From positions 9,563 through 73,562 of the IMG/VR virus record IMGVR_UViG_3300037418_002577: DNA of 64,000 nt; one strand, given 5' to 3'. This document shows positions 19,472 through 29,251 of this stretch, in pieces. The notes beneath the pieces were generated by a model, which searched no databases, was not told where the DNA came from, and worked only from the letters and a program-made list of their open reading frames with translations. The translations under genes were made by a program, and so were the position numbers. Positions within the stretch are counted from its first letter, which is position 1. Every line of letters begins with the position of its first letter. The DNA comes from a virus (lineage: Duplodnaviria; Caudoviricetes).

Positions 19472-20100
19472 TGGCACCGATTCGCACCAAGCAGACGCAG
19501 CCGACTCCGCCGGAGGCCAAGATTCCTTCGACAATGAAGACGTGCTGCGCCTGCAACAATGCGATGCCCGCGACCGATGTTTACTTCGATCTGGACGCCT
19601 CGCGCGAGGACGGGCTCCGTCAGCGGTGCAAAGACTGCCGGCGGAAAAAGAGCAAGGGGAACATGGAGAAGCGGGTCGGCGCGCATGCCCGGCGCCTCGA
19701 CAAGCAGACTCGCAACATGCTGACCCTGTTGGCGAGCCCGGACTTCAGCCCTGATCAGGTCAACGGCGTCCCTCATATCGCCAGCGTCTACGAAGAGATC
19801 ACCCGCCTCTTCGGCGGCGCGCAGGGGGTCGCCCAGCATTTCATGATTCAGTACCTGGAAGCCCCGGCCGGCGGTCAGATCCGCCAGCGGATGCTGGATG
19901 CCTATCTCCGGCTGGCCAATAAGGTGTCCGACTCCGGGGCCGCGAAGAAGCCGCTCGAACTCTGGACCGAGGACGAGTTGCGAGAGTTCATGGAGAGGAA
20001 ACGGGGCGAGTTGACCCAGGTCCAAACGATCTACGTCGAGCGGGAACCCTCCGGTCCCCCGTTGATCGAGGAGGCCGGTCATGGCACGCAAGCCACTTGA
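19471..20100 (+). CDS. putative terminase small subunit
   Basis: Directly upstream of and overlapping the large subunit; N-terminal CxxC...CKDC zinc ribbon. Confidence 0.55.
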   Translation: MAPIRTKQTQPTPPEAKIPSTMKTCCACNNAMPATDVYFDLDASREDGLRQRCKDCRRKKSKGNMEKRVGAHARRLDKQTRNMLTLLASPDFSPDQVNGVPHIASVYEEITRLFGGAQGVAQHFMIQYLEAPAGGQIRQRMLDAYLRLANKVSDSGAAKKPLELWTEDELREFMERKRGELTQVQTIYVEREPSGPPLIEEAGHGTQAT

Positions 20101-21826
20101 TCTCCCGGCGCATCCCCCGGACCCGCGCGCCGGAGCGTTCACGCGATCGTCGCACGACACGGACGAATTCCTGGCCGCGGCGATGGAGTTGCAAAGCCGG
20201 TCTGAGGAGGCTCTGGCCCTTTACGAGCCGACCCCCTTTCAGGAAGCGTTTCACGCCTGCCCGTCACGTGAGCGGTTGATTCAGGCCGGCAATCAAGTTG
20301 GAAAATCTCTAGCCGCCTTCGTCGAGGTGGCGCGGGCCCTGACCGGCCAAGATCCGCACAACAAGTACCCCACGACGGACGGGGTCGCGATTTGCTTGGG
20401 GATCGACGAGAAGCACATCGGCCGCGTGATCCATAAGTACCTCTTCCGCAAGGGGGCGTTCCGGATCATCCGCGACAAGGCGACCCGGAAATGGCGAGCC
20501 TGGAAGCCCTGGATTCCCGAGGATGCGGAGCGGCGGGCGGAAACTCGCCCGGCCCCACCGTTGATCCCGGAGCGGTTCATCAAGAAATGGGCGATGACCA
20601 AGGCCGCCAAGCACATCTTCGAGACGTGCGAGTTCCATAACGGCTGGGTGCTGCACGCCTATTCGTCGAACTCCGAGCCGGCGGGCGGTTTCCAGGCCGA
20701 CCTCGCCCACATCGACGAAGACATCATGCGGCCGGACTGGTACGACGAGTTGATCGCCCGCCTGTCGATGCGGAATGGCAAGCTGATCTGGTCGGCCCTC
20801 CCCCTCGCCAAGAACGACGCCCTGTGCAACGTGATCGAGCGGGCCGAGGATGAGGCGAGCAGCGATAAGCCGACGACCTCCGTGTTCCGGGCTTCGATCT
20901 TCGACAACCCCTACATGCCGGAAGAGGCAAAGCAAGAGAACATCAAGCGATGGCGGGCGAAGGGTGACGACGAGTACCGCAAGCGGGCCCTGGGCGAATT
21001 GGTCGTCGATTCGATCCTGATGTACCCGACCTTCTCCAAGACGCATCACTCGTGCATCAAGGCCGAGGATCCGCGGCTGGAGATTCAACGCATCCTGACC
21101 GATCGAAACGGCACGCCGCCCGATGACTGGACGCGGTACATGATCGTCGACCCCGGTCACACGGTCTGCGCGGCCCTATTCTTCGCCACGCCGCCGCCCG
21201 AACTGGGCGACTTCCGTGTCTGCTATGACGAGCTCTACATTCAACAGGCCGACGCGAAGCTCCTGGGGATCGGGGCGAAATCGAAGTGCGGCGAAGACCA
21301 CTTCGAGGATTTCATCATCGACATGCACGGCGGACGGATCCGCGAGATCGGGAGCGGCGAGCTCCCTGTCCGGCAGTACGAACGGCACTTGGCCGACAAC
21401 CAGGTGATTTGCGAGAAGCGGGGAAGCCGGTTCCTGGCCGGCTGCGATGACGTCGAAAGCCGCGAGGGATCGCTCCGGGAATGGCTGATGACGCGGCGCG
21501 ACGGGACGACGAAGTTCCTGATCAACCCGGCCCGCTGCCCGCACACCTGCCGCGAGATGAGCCGGTTCAAGAAACTGACCACGACCGTCGGCGGCCAACT
21601 CGTCCCCACCGACAAGGGGAACCGAAAGGCGAACACCCACTGCTGCGAATGCCTTGAGTACGGCGCGGCGCACGGACTTGATTTCGTCCCGCACAAATCC
21701 CGCGCGATCGCCCTCTCGCCGTTCCAGCGGAGGTTGGCCGCCCGAGTCGAACGGAAAAAGATCCGCCTTGCGAAAAGCTGGAACGGATCGGAAAAGACCA
21801 TCACTCTCGGCCCGCAAGGGTCATAA
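20081..21826 (+). CDS. terL: terminase large subunit
   Basis: Walker A 'AGNQVGKS', Walker B 'AHIDED', RNase H-like 'MIVDPG', C-terminal 'THCCECLEY'. Confidence 0.85.
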   Translation: MARKPLDLPAHPPDPRAGAFTRSSHDTDEFLAAAMELQSRSEEALALYEPTPFQEAFHACPSRERLIQAGNQVGKSLAAFVEVARALTGQDPHNKYPTTDGVAICLGIDEKHIGRVIHKYLFRKGAFRIIRDKATRKWRAWKPWIPEDAERRAETRPAPPLIPERFIKKWAMTKAAKHIFETCEFHNGWVLHAYSSNSEPAGGFQADLAHIDEDIMRPDWYDELIARLSMRNGKLIWSALPLAKNDALCNVIERAEDEASSDKPTTSVFRASIFDNPYMPEEAKQENIKRWRAKGDDEYRKRALGELVVDSILMYPTFSKTHHSCIKAEDPRLEIQRILTDRNGTPPDDWTRYMIVDPGHTVCAALFFATPPPELGDFRVCYDELYIQQADAKLLGIGAKSKCGEDHFEDFIIDMHGGRIREIGSGELPVRQYERHLADNQVICEKRGSRFLAGCDDVESREGSLREWLMTRRDGTTKFLINPARCPHTCREMSRFKKLTTTVGGQLVPTDKGNRKANTHCCECLEYGAAHGLDFVPHKSRAIALSPFQRRLAARVERKKIRLAKSWNGSEKTITLGPQGS

Positions 21827-21859
21827 CCTCAGTCCCACCCCAAGGAAAGTAGGCACACC

Positions 21860-22369
21860 ATGGCGACCGCAGAACTGACCCTCGTTCCCACTGAATCCGA
21901 GATCCAAGCCTGGCGCATGCCGTCCCCCGAGGTCGGCGAGCCCGTCCGCTGGTATCCGCACGCGATCATTGACGCCAAGGCCCCGCTACTCGGCTGGATC
22001 GCGCGCGTGTCGCATCGCAGTGTGGTGATCCGGTTGGCGGCCGGCGACGTGAAGGATTCCGTCCCGCACGTCGACGATCCGCGGATGCGAGTCAACGCCA
22101 ACCGCCGCGAGTTCGGATCGTGGGATTACACCGAGGCCCACTACCGCTACGACCGCGAGATCGAGGCCCTGAAGCGGCGGGTCGCGGCGCTCGAGTCTAT
22201 GGCCCCGGCCGATGACGCCAAGGAGCCGGACGAAGTCCCCCGGGAAAGCGGCGTCGAGGATTACCACGCTCTGCGGCGGCGGGCCAAGGAGATGGGGATC
22301 GAGTTCACCCAAAACCCCCCGCGCGACTGGCTGACCGAGCAGATCGCCCTGAAGCAAGCCCAGCAGTAA
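21860..22369 (+). CDS. hypothetical protein
   Basis: AGGAAAG RBS; between terminase and portal. Confidence 0.75.
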   Translation: MATAELTLVPTESEIQAWRMPSPEVGEPVRWYPHAIIDAKAPLLGWIARVSHRSVVIRLAAGDVKDSVPHVDDPRMRVNANRREFGSWDYTEAHYRYDREIEALKRRVAALESMAPADDAKEPDEVPRESGVEDYHALRRRAKEMGIEFTQNPPRDWLTEQIALKQAQQ

Positions 22370-22425
22370 CCGAACTGTTCGGAGTTTCCGAATCGTTCCC
22401 GGAACCCACAGAATGGGAGACCTAA

Positions 22426-24588
22426 ATGGCCAAACTCGACGGAAAACGACATCCCCTCGCGCCGCTGTGCAAGCAATGGCTGTCGCTGATCAAAGTCGCG
22501 CAGGAGAAGAAGCACCGCGAGTTTGGCCAGTTCGCCGAGGAGGCAATGAAGTTCTACGACGGCGCCCACGACTTTATGTGGGACGTCGACAAGTACGCCA
22601 CGGCACCCGGAGGGTTTCTCGACAAAGACTCCGGGACCGCCATGCCGACGTTCCGCATGACCGTGAATCGGCTGTTCGAGGCCGTTGCGCTCTTCGGGCC
22701 GGCCCTGTTCCACAAGTACCCCCAGGTGGTCGTCAATGCGATCGAGCCGCCGGAGATCAGCCCGGAATCGCTCGGCTTCGACCAAGCCGACGAAGCGGGG
22801 ATGCAGCAATACCAGCAGATCATGGCTGAGCAAGCGGCCGAGGCCTCCCGCAAAAAGACAATGGCCAGCCTGAAGCAGCGATACCTCAACTGGCTGCAAG
22901 TCGCGGCGAACAAGAAGAAAGAGGCCCGTGAGTCAATCACGGAAACGCTGATCAAGGGGATGGGCGTCCTCTGGACGGAGATGCGGCGGCCGCGGGGAAG
23001 CCGGATTCAATACCCGGCTTCGGTTCATGTCTCTTGCGACGACATCGTGAAAGATCCAGACGCGGAATACGATCATCAGGTCGAATGGATCGCGCGCCGC
23101 TGCGTGCATGCCGTCAACCGGGTCGAAGAGAAGTATGGCCTCCCGGCCGGCAGCCTGCGTGGGTCGATGCAGTCGCTCGAATCGCAATCCACCGCGAAGG
23201 GGCGCAAGGACGCCAAGTCCGGCAAGCAGGACACAACGTCGTACGACTTGATCGAATACTGGGAGATCTACTCGAAGAACGGTATGGGTGATCGCCTGAA
23301 AGGGGCCGGCGAGGGGAACAAGGTCAAGTACGACCTGTCCGAGTTCGGCGACTTTTGCTACTTGGCGGTCGTTAAGGATGTGCCCTATCCGCTCAACATG
23401 CCGACCGAGATGCTCGAGCGCGGCGACTCCGAGGAGTTATTCCAGGCGGCCCAGTGGCCGATCCCGTTCTGGACGGACGAAGAATGCTCGAACGGCTGGC
23501 CCTATGCGGAGTTGTCGTTCTACCACAAGCCGAAGTCCGTCTGGCCGATCAGCCCGGTCAAGCCCGCGATCGGCGAACTGCGGTTCGTCAACTGGTGCAT
23601 GAGCTTCCTGGCCGACAAGGCGGCCGCGAGTTGCAAGACCTACATGGGGGTGATGAAGTCGGCCGCCGAGGAGATCCGCCGGCAGATCGCCGATTCGTCG
23701 GGCCCGTTCACGATCATCGAGATTTCCGAGATCGTGGGCCAGCCGATCGACGAGATCGTGTCGATGCTCTCCGCGCCCGACATGCCGGATCTGGTCTGGA
23801 AGATGGCCACGGAAACCCTGGAGTTTATCGATAAGCGACTCGGGACGACCGACTTGATCTACGGCCTGTCGAGCACGCAGATGCGATCCGCGGCCGAGGC
23901 GCAGACTCGCGACGCGAATACCCAGGTCCGACCCGACGAGATGGCCAACCGGGTCGAAGACTGGCTGTCGGAATCCGCGATGAAGGAAGCGGAGGCCGCA
24001 ATCTGGATGCTGACTCACGACGACGTGGTTCCCGTGCTCGGGGAACTCGGGGCGCACATCTTCGAGACGCAGATCCAGACGACCGACTTCGACCAGATCG
24101 TTCGCGACTTCGATTACACGATCGCCGCGGGGAGCGCGCGGAAGCCGAACAAGGCCCAGCGGATCGCGTCCCTCAACGAGTTCGGCCAGATGTTCTTGCC
24201 GGTCGCGTCGGCAATGGCGGAATCCGGGCAGGTCGGACCTTACAACGCCTTCATCGAGGATATGTGCCGGGCGCTCGATCTCCCCGAGCCGCAGCGGTAT
24301 CAGATCGACCAGCCGCAAGCCTCGCAGGGTCCGTCTCCCGAAGAAATGGACGCCCAGGCCAAGCAGCAGGAGATGCAGCAGTCGGCCCAGCAGCACGAGC
24401 AGGAGATGGCACAGAGTCAGCAGAAGTTCCAGCAGGAGATGACCCAGGAGAAGGCCCAGCATCGGCAACAGACGCTTTTCGATCAGCAGGACAGCAAGAT
24501 CCAGTTGCAAACGTCAAAGGCGATGGGGGCCGCGAAGGTCGCCCAGGCCAAGAAACCGAAACCCAAGCCCGTAGCAGCGAAGGCATGA
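22426..24588 (+). CDS. portal protein (P22/podovirus-like, Gln-rich C-terminal barrel)
   Basis: 720 aa after the terminase; helical, with a long Gln-rich tail. Confidence 0.8.
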   Translation: MAKLDGKRHPLAPLCKQWLSLIKVAQEKKHREFGQFAEEAMKFYDGAHDFMWDVDKYATAPGGFLDKDSGTAMPTFRMTVNRLFEAVALFGPALFHKYPQVVVNAIEPPEISPESLGFDQADEAGMQQYQQIMAEQAAEASRKKTMASLKQRYLNWLQVAANKKKEARESITETLIKGMGVLWTEMRRPRGSRIQYPASVHVSCDDIVKDPDAEYDHQVEWIARRCVHAVNRVEEKYGLPAGSLRGSMQSLESQSTAKGRKDAKSGKQDTTSYDLIEYWEIYSKNGMGDRLKGAGEGNKVKYDLSEFGDFCYLAVVKDVPYPLNMPTEMLERGDSEELFQAAQWPIPFWTDEECSNGWPYAELSFYHKPKSVWPISPVKPAIGELRFVNWCMSFLADKAAASCKTYMGVMKSAAEEIRRQIADSSGPFTIIEISEIVGQPIDEIVSMLSAPDMPDLVWKMATETLEFIDKRLGTTDLIYGLSSTQMRSAAEAQTRDANTQVRPDEMANRVEDWLSESAMKEAEAAIWMLTHDDVVPVLGELGAHIFETQIQTTDFDQIVRDFDYTIAAGSARKPNKAQRIASLNEFGQMFLPVASAMAESGQVGPYNAFIEDMCRALDLPEPQRYQIDQPQASQGPSPEEMDAQAKQQEMQQSAQQHEQEMAQSQQKFQQEMTQEKAQHRQQTLFDQQDSKIQLQTSKAMGAAKVAQAKKPKPKPVAAKA

Positions 24589-24592
24589 AAAC

Positions 24593-25162
24593 ATGGCAGG
24601 AATCTCCAGATCGAAGCGCATCGACATCCTTGAGGCGGAAATCGCTAATGCCCCGATCCACGTTCAGGATGCGTACTTCTGCGCCCTGATCGAGGGGACA
24701 GACGCCATTCTCGCCCACATGCTGGCGATGCGGCAGGGCCCGCAGATGAAGGGCTCCGACCGCGCCTTCGGGGAGGGGCAGCGGTTGAAGATGGGGGCGA
24801 TGCACGAGCGGAACCGCGACAAGATCCAGGCGATCGCGGAGAAAGCCGGCATCCGCACGCAGGGAAAATACTACGTCGGCGGGCTCGGGCGCTACAACGA
24901 CCCGGCCGCCTGGGTCTCAACCGCCGACGACGTGAAGTCGGTCCTGAAGGCGAAGAACCTCACGGCAACCGGAGTCGTCGAGCATCAAGGGGTCGCGATG
25001 CCGCCTCCGCCGCCGAAGCGACTGTCAGAGCGACTGACGCGAGAGTTCGTCGCCAAGACGCTCAAGGCCGAACCCAAGACGGCGGAGGCGGTGCGGAAGA
25101 ACCCGAAGAAAATGCGGGATCTCCGGGAACGGGTGATTGCTACTCACGGGGCGCGACGGTAG
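24593..25162 (+). CDS. hypothetical protein downstream of portal
   Basis: Coupled to the portal gene; basic C-terminus. Confidence 0.7.
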   Translation: MAGISRSKRIDILEAEIANAPIHVQDAYFCALIEGTDAILAHMLAMRQGPQMKGSDRAFGEGQRLKMGAMHERNRDKIQAIAEKAGIRTQGKYYVGGLGRYNDPAAWVSTADDVKSVLKAKNLTATGVVEHQGVAMPPPPPKRLSERLTREFVAKTLKAEPKTAEAVRKNPKKMRDLRERVIATHGARR

Positions 25163-25967
25163 GCAGCTTGTCTCGCCCGTTCTCGCAGCCTTTCAGGGGA
25201 AACCCGGCCTTGGCTGCATGGTACGCCCGCTCAATCGCCCCCTTCGACCACTCTTTGCCGGTCGTGCGCCGCACGCTACGCAGGAGCTTGTAGTACACCC
25301 GCATGTAGGACAGTTTGTCCCTGTCCAGTAGTTGCACAATGTACTCGCACTGCTGGCGCTCCTCGGGATTCACAATGAAGCGGGACTTGGCCCCCTTGTC
25401 GATCTTCTTCCAGCCGATCGGGGTTCCGCCTCCATACGGGAGGCCTTGTCGGCGTTTCCAGGCCAGCGACTCTTTCGTGCGGGTTGCGATCATCGCCCGT
25501 TCGAGTTGGCCGACCGCACCCAGGATCTGAGCGAAGAACATCCCGACATCCGTTGCCAGATCAATCGGGAAGTCCAGCAGATGCAACCGGACGTTGCGGG
25601 CCTTGAACTTCTCGAGCACCTCGCAAACTTCCTTGGTGGATCGCATCGCACGATCCATGCGGGCCACGACGACATGATCGCCGGGCCGCAGAAACCGCCA
25701 AACGGCCTCCCCTTGCGGGCGCTGCACCCAGGGCTTGCGGGTCGATTCGTTCGGGTCGCAGTACCAGCCGGCCCATTCCATGTTCGCCGGCAACTTCCCC
25801 GCGGCCTTGGAATCCCGGAACCACTTGAGGCACAGTTCCTCTTGCTGCTTCGGGCTGATGACCTGTTTGTCGGTCGAGGCGCGCCCGTAGCCGAACAGAT
25901 ACGGCCGGTCCTCGCGGTGGTCGTTGTTGACGAAGAGGTGGAGATTGTCCAAGATGGGATCAGCCAT
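25140..25967 (-). CDS. serine recombinase (resolvase catalytic domain plus short C-terminal domain)
   Basis: 'YGRASTDKQ' catalytic Ser motif, 'VVARMDRAMRS', 'LERAMIATRTKE'. Confidence 0.9.
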   Translation of the reverse strand: MADPILDNLHLFVNNDHREDRPYLFGYGRASTDKQVISPKQQEELCLKWFRDSKAAGKLPANMEWAGWYCDPNESTRKPWVQRPQGEAVWRFLRPGDHVVVARMDRAMRSTKEVCEVLEKFKARNVRLHLLDFPIDLATDVGMFFAQILGAVGQLERAMIATRTKESLAWKRRQGLPYGGGTPIGWKKIDKGAKSRFIVNPEERQQCEYIVQLLDRDKLSYMRVYYKLLRSVRRTTGKEWSKGAIERAYHAAKAGFPLKGCENGRDKLPTVAPRE

Positions 25968-26066
25968 GACGTGTTGCTCCTTTCAGCAATCGTTGTGGTG
26001 AGAGCCGGCTCGGGTCTGAACCACCTGGGCCGGCTCGTTCATTTTATCGGCAGGTCACGTGCCGGT

Positions 26067-26396
26067 CTATGGCGATGCGGGGGCCGACTCCGTGTAGATT
26101 GTTTCTCCAGCCGGATTCGTGATCGACAGGCATCGAATCAGGTCTTCGCCGCATTTCGTCCTTGGCGGTTGATCCGATCCGGCCCCCTGCACGGCAAGGG
26201 TCCGGTTGCAGTCGCACGAAAAATTCCCCTCTTCCCACTCGAATCGCATGCGGTGATCGTGCGAATCGGCGTCCCACCCTGGATGCGGTTCGTACTCAAG
26301 GGCCCACTCTTGGCCATCTCGCATGCCGCGGAGCGTTACTTTGTACTTTTCGGCGTCGGGCACGTTCGCGTCTCCTCTCTTGTTAGAGCGGAACAA
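26067..26396 (-). CDS. hypothetical protein (start possibly 26363)
   Basis: 'FEWEEGNFSCDCNR' motif; co-oriented with the recombinase. Confidence 0.65.
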   Translation of the reverse strand: MFRSNKRGDANVPDAEKYKVTLRGMRDGQEWALEYEPHPGWDADSHDHRMRFEWEEGNFSCDCNRTLAVQGAGSDQPPRTKCGEDLIRCLSITNPAGETIYTESAPASP

Positions 26397-26501
26397 TTTC
26401 GCAATTGCATGTCAAGACCGCCGCTGGTAAATTAAACCTCACCCAAGCGTTCTACCTTCCCATCTAAGACAGAAACAGTTGGCTCAACGCCCTGTTTCTG
26501 C

Positions 26502-27650
26502 ATGCTTTACACCTTCCAAGACGCGGTCCTTGATGCCCTGGATTTCCAAGGGCAATCGGCTGGCTCTGGCTCTGACCAGAAGCCGACGCGATTTGCGCGC
26601 CGCGCCGTGGACGACGCCCTCCGCGATCTCGCTAACGCCCACTCCTGGGCCTATTACGAGCAGGGCTACCAGTTCACCACCGTCGGCACTTACGCCACGG
26701 GCACGGTCACTTACGACCACACCGGCGGCACCTACGAGCGGCAACTGACCCTCGCGAGCGGCACCTGGCCAAGCTGGGCGAATCTCGGCTCGATCCTCGT
26801 CGGCAACATCAGTTACCGCGTGTCGACCCGCGTCAGCGATTCGGTCGTCACCCTCTCGCCGAACTCCAATCCCGGCGACGATTTGGCCGCGGGGACCGCC
26901 TACACGCTCCTGCGCGACACGTACCCCTGCCCGTCCGACATGGTTTCGGCGGGCGACCTGTACGACCTCACCAGCCAGCAGTTGGTCCCGAACATCACCC
27001 CCGACGCCATGCAGCGGCGCAAGTTGGCTTACGTCGGCGCGGGGCAGCCGTTTTTCGTCACCCTGATCGGGGACGACAATTACCAAGGCTCCATGGCGTT
27101 CAAGTTCAACCAGGCTCCGGATTCCGCCCGCGAGTTCGGGTTCGTCTACCGACGTCGCCCGCGCGACCTCAACATCCCGGGCTACGCCACTGGGACGGCC
27201 TGCACGACCGTTGACAGCACGACGGTCTGCGGCACCGGAACCGTCTGGTCGGACGCAATGGTTGGTTCCGTGATTCGCTTCAGCGATTCGAGCACGGCCC
27301 CGACCGGCTTGATCGGAACCAATCCCGCGGCTCTCGAGCGAGTCGTCGCCAGCGTCACTGACGCCACGCACCTCGAGTTGGACGCGGCCGCCGACCGGAC
27401 CCTCTCGGGGGGCATCGCTTACGCGATCAGCGACCCGATCGACATCGACGTCGGCCCGATGCTTAACGCCTTCCGGGCCGGCCTACGGAAGTCGGCGGCT
27501 CCCGCGGCTGACAAGAAAAACTCGGACGACGCCGAGTCGCGATGGAGACGCGACCTACGGCTGGCAATCGAGGCCGACAGCAAGTTCCGTGGCCAGAACT
27601 CTCGCTGGATGCCGGGCTGGTACACGCTGCAAAACATCACGACGGACTGA
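26502..27650 (+). CDS. putative head-tail adaptor / tail tubular protein
   Basis: N-terminal helical adaptor-like segment plus beta-rich 'YATGT...GTGTVWS' inserts; position in the module. Confidence 0.6.
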   Translation: MLYTFQDAVLDALDFQGQSAGSGSDQKPTRFARRAVDDALRDLANAHSWAYYEQGYQFTTVGTYATGTVTYDHTGGTYERQLTLASGTWPSWANLGSILVGNISYRVSTRVSDSVVTLSPNSNPGDDLAAGTAYTLLRDTYPCPSDMVSAGDLYDLTSQQLVPNITPDAMQRRKLAYVGAGQPFFVTLIGDDNYQGSMAFKFNQAPDSAREFGFVYRRRPRDLNIPGYATGTACTTVDSTTVCGTGTVWSDAMVGSVIRFSDSSTAPTGLIGTNPAALERVVASVTDATHLELDAAADRTLSGGIAYAISDPIDIDVGPMLNAFRAGLRKSAAPAADKKNSDDAESRWRRDLRLAIEADSKFRGQNSRWMPGWYTLQNITTD

Positions 27651-27679
27651 TTTCAAACCCCAAGTTTGGAGATTGCGAC

Positions 27680-27988
27680 ATGGGCTACTTGATGATCGAC
27701 CACCGCGGCACGATGGCGCCGGACGGCACGAAAGGGAGGCTGCAGGAATTCGACACGCTCGCCTGCAAGCATTGCCAGGCGGTCGTCGCGGTCCTCGACA
27801 AGAACCACCCCAACGTCCGGTCCTACACCCCGAAGTTCAAATGCACGCGCTGCAACGGGCCGGTCTGCCGGGCCTGCGCCGCGCTCGGTGTCTGCAACCC
27901 GATCCAGGCCCGAATCGAGCATGCGGTCAAGACCGGCCGCTGGGACGAGAAGTACCTGTTCAAGCAAGGCTCCGTCCCGATGAATTGA
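27680..27988 (+). CDS. small Zn-binding protein
   Basis: GGAG RBS; CKHC, CTRC and CRAC motifs. Confidence 0.7.
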   Translation: MGYLMIDHRGTMAPDGTKGRLQEFDTLACKHCQAVVAVLDKNHPNVRSYTPKFKCTRCNGPVCRACAALGVCNPIQARIEHAVKTGRWDEKYLFKQGSVPMN

Positions 27989-28044
27989 AGCCACCCGCGA
28001 TTTCCTTCCCCACAGTCGTCCCCCGAGTCAAAGCGAGTCGTCCC

Positions 28045-28803
28045 ATGCAAGCGTCAATCCAAGGCTACCCGCCCGTCAAGGTTGGGATCATCACCGGCGA
28101 CCTCGGCCGCTACGTCGAGTTCAACAACGCGATGTACGCGCTGCTGCTGCCGGTCGGGAGTAATTACCAGAACATCCGCGGCAACGGGTTCGCGTACAAC
28201 CGGAATCTGCTGGTGCGCGAGATGGACCCGGAGATCGAATACCTCTGGTTCATCGACGACGACCACACGTTCGATCCCGGCATTGTGATGAACCTGATCA
28301 CGCGCGGCGTCGACATCGTGCAGCCGATGTGCGTGACGCGCAAGCCCCCGTACAACCCCTACGGCTATCGTTTCGCCGATGGCGATTATCACACGATCCC
28401 GTGGGCCAAATTCCCCAAGTCTGGACTGTTTGAAGTGGATGCGGTGGGAACGGGCGGAATGCTCGTTCATCGACGTGTGTTTGACGCCATGCCCGATCCC
28501 TGGTTCGAGGAGGGAAAACTCGGGCCGGAACATCTGGGCGAGGATCTTTGGTTCTGCAAAAAGGCCAAGGAACTCGGCTTCAAAATCTACGTCGACTGCG
28601 ACAACCCAATGGGCCACCTCAGCACGCACGCTGTTTGGCCCATGCAGACGCCGCAAGCGGACTGGTGCGTTGGAATGAATTTTCTTCATGGGGTCTGGGC
28701 ACCGTTCGCCACGGACTTCGGACACCAAGGACTTAGGGAGGTGAAGGATGGCACGTTACAGCGGAAGTGTGATCAGCCTGACCCCGTCGCTGACGGACGA
28801 TAA
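28045..28803 (+). CDS. GT2-like glycosyltransferase
   Basis: 'YNRNLLV', 'YLWFIDDDHTF' (DxD), 'GTGGMLVHRRVF', 'GEDLWFC'; start reassigned to 28045. Confidence 0.85.
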   Translation: MQASIQGYPPVKVGIITGDLGRYVEFNNAMYALLLPVGSNYQNIRGNGFAYNRNLLVREMDPEIEYLWFIDDDHTFDPGIVMNLITRGVDIVQPMCVTRKPPYNPYGYRFADGDYHTIPWAKFPKSGLFEVDAVGTGGMLVHRRVFDAMPDPWFEEGKLGPEHLGEDLWFCKKAKELGFKIYVDCDNPMGHLSTHAVWPMQTPQADWCVGMNFLHGVWAPFATDFGHQGLREVKDGTLQRKCDQPDPVADGR

Positions 28804-29197
28804 CTGGAACCTGCGCGCCGGGGCGGCGAAGTCGGGCAAGATCCTGGAGGTCTGGTTCGGTGGCCAAGCCACCACGTCCACGGGGATGCAAACGCGCGTG
28901 GCCCGCGCGTCCGGCCAAACCGGCTCGGCGACCGCAGGGAACGTCGAGAAGCTGCATCCGAACGCGGCCGGCAACGGGATGGGATTCGCAACCACGTTTG
29001 CGACGACCCAGCCGACCTTGGAGGCCGGCAACCTGTTCGCGACGTCATGGAATGCCCACGGCGGCGTCGTGCGGTGGCTGGCGGCTCCCGGCGAGGAATT
29101 CGTCCTCATCGGGGCGGCCACGGAACTGACGATCGCCTGCCGGAATTCGGTCGGAACTGCTGTCAGCGATTATGGTTGCGTTTGGGAAGAAGATTGA
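28748..29197 (+). CDS. putative virion structural protein
   Basis: GGGAGG RBS; Gly/Thr/Ala-rich beta protein. Confidence 0.65.
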   Translation: MARYSGSVISLTPSLTDDNWNLRAGAAKSGKILEVWFGGQATTSTGMQTRVARASGQTGSATAGNVEKLHPNAAGNGMGFATTFATTQPTLEAGNLFATSWNAHGGVVRWLAAPGEEFVLIGAATELTIACRNSVGTAVSDYGCVWEED

Positions 29198-29251
29198 GAC
29201 TTCCCGTCCGGCAACGGTTCCTGATCGCGGTTTTCCCGGGCGTGAGTCACG

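Noticed and set aside
25140-25967. IS607-type TnpA transposon
   Set aside because: No N-terminal MerR-like HTH and no adjacent TnpB
27589-28044. Long N-terminal extension of the glycosyltransferase in the ORF track
   Set aside because: It overlaps the better-supported 27680-27988 gene in another frame; the GT fold begins at ATG 28045
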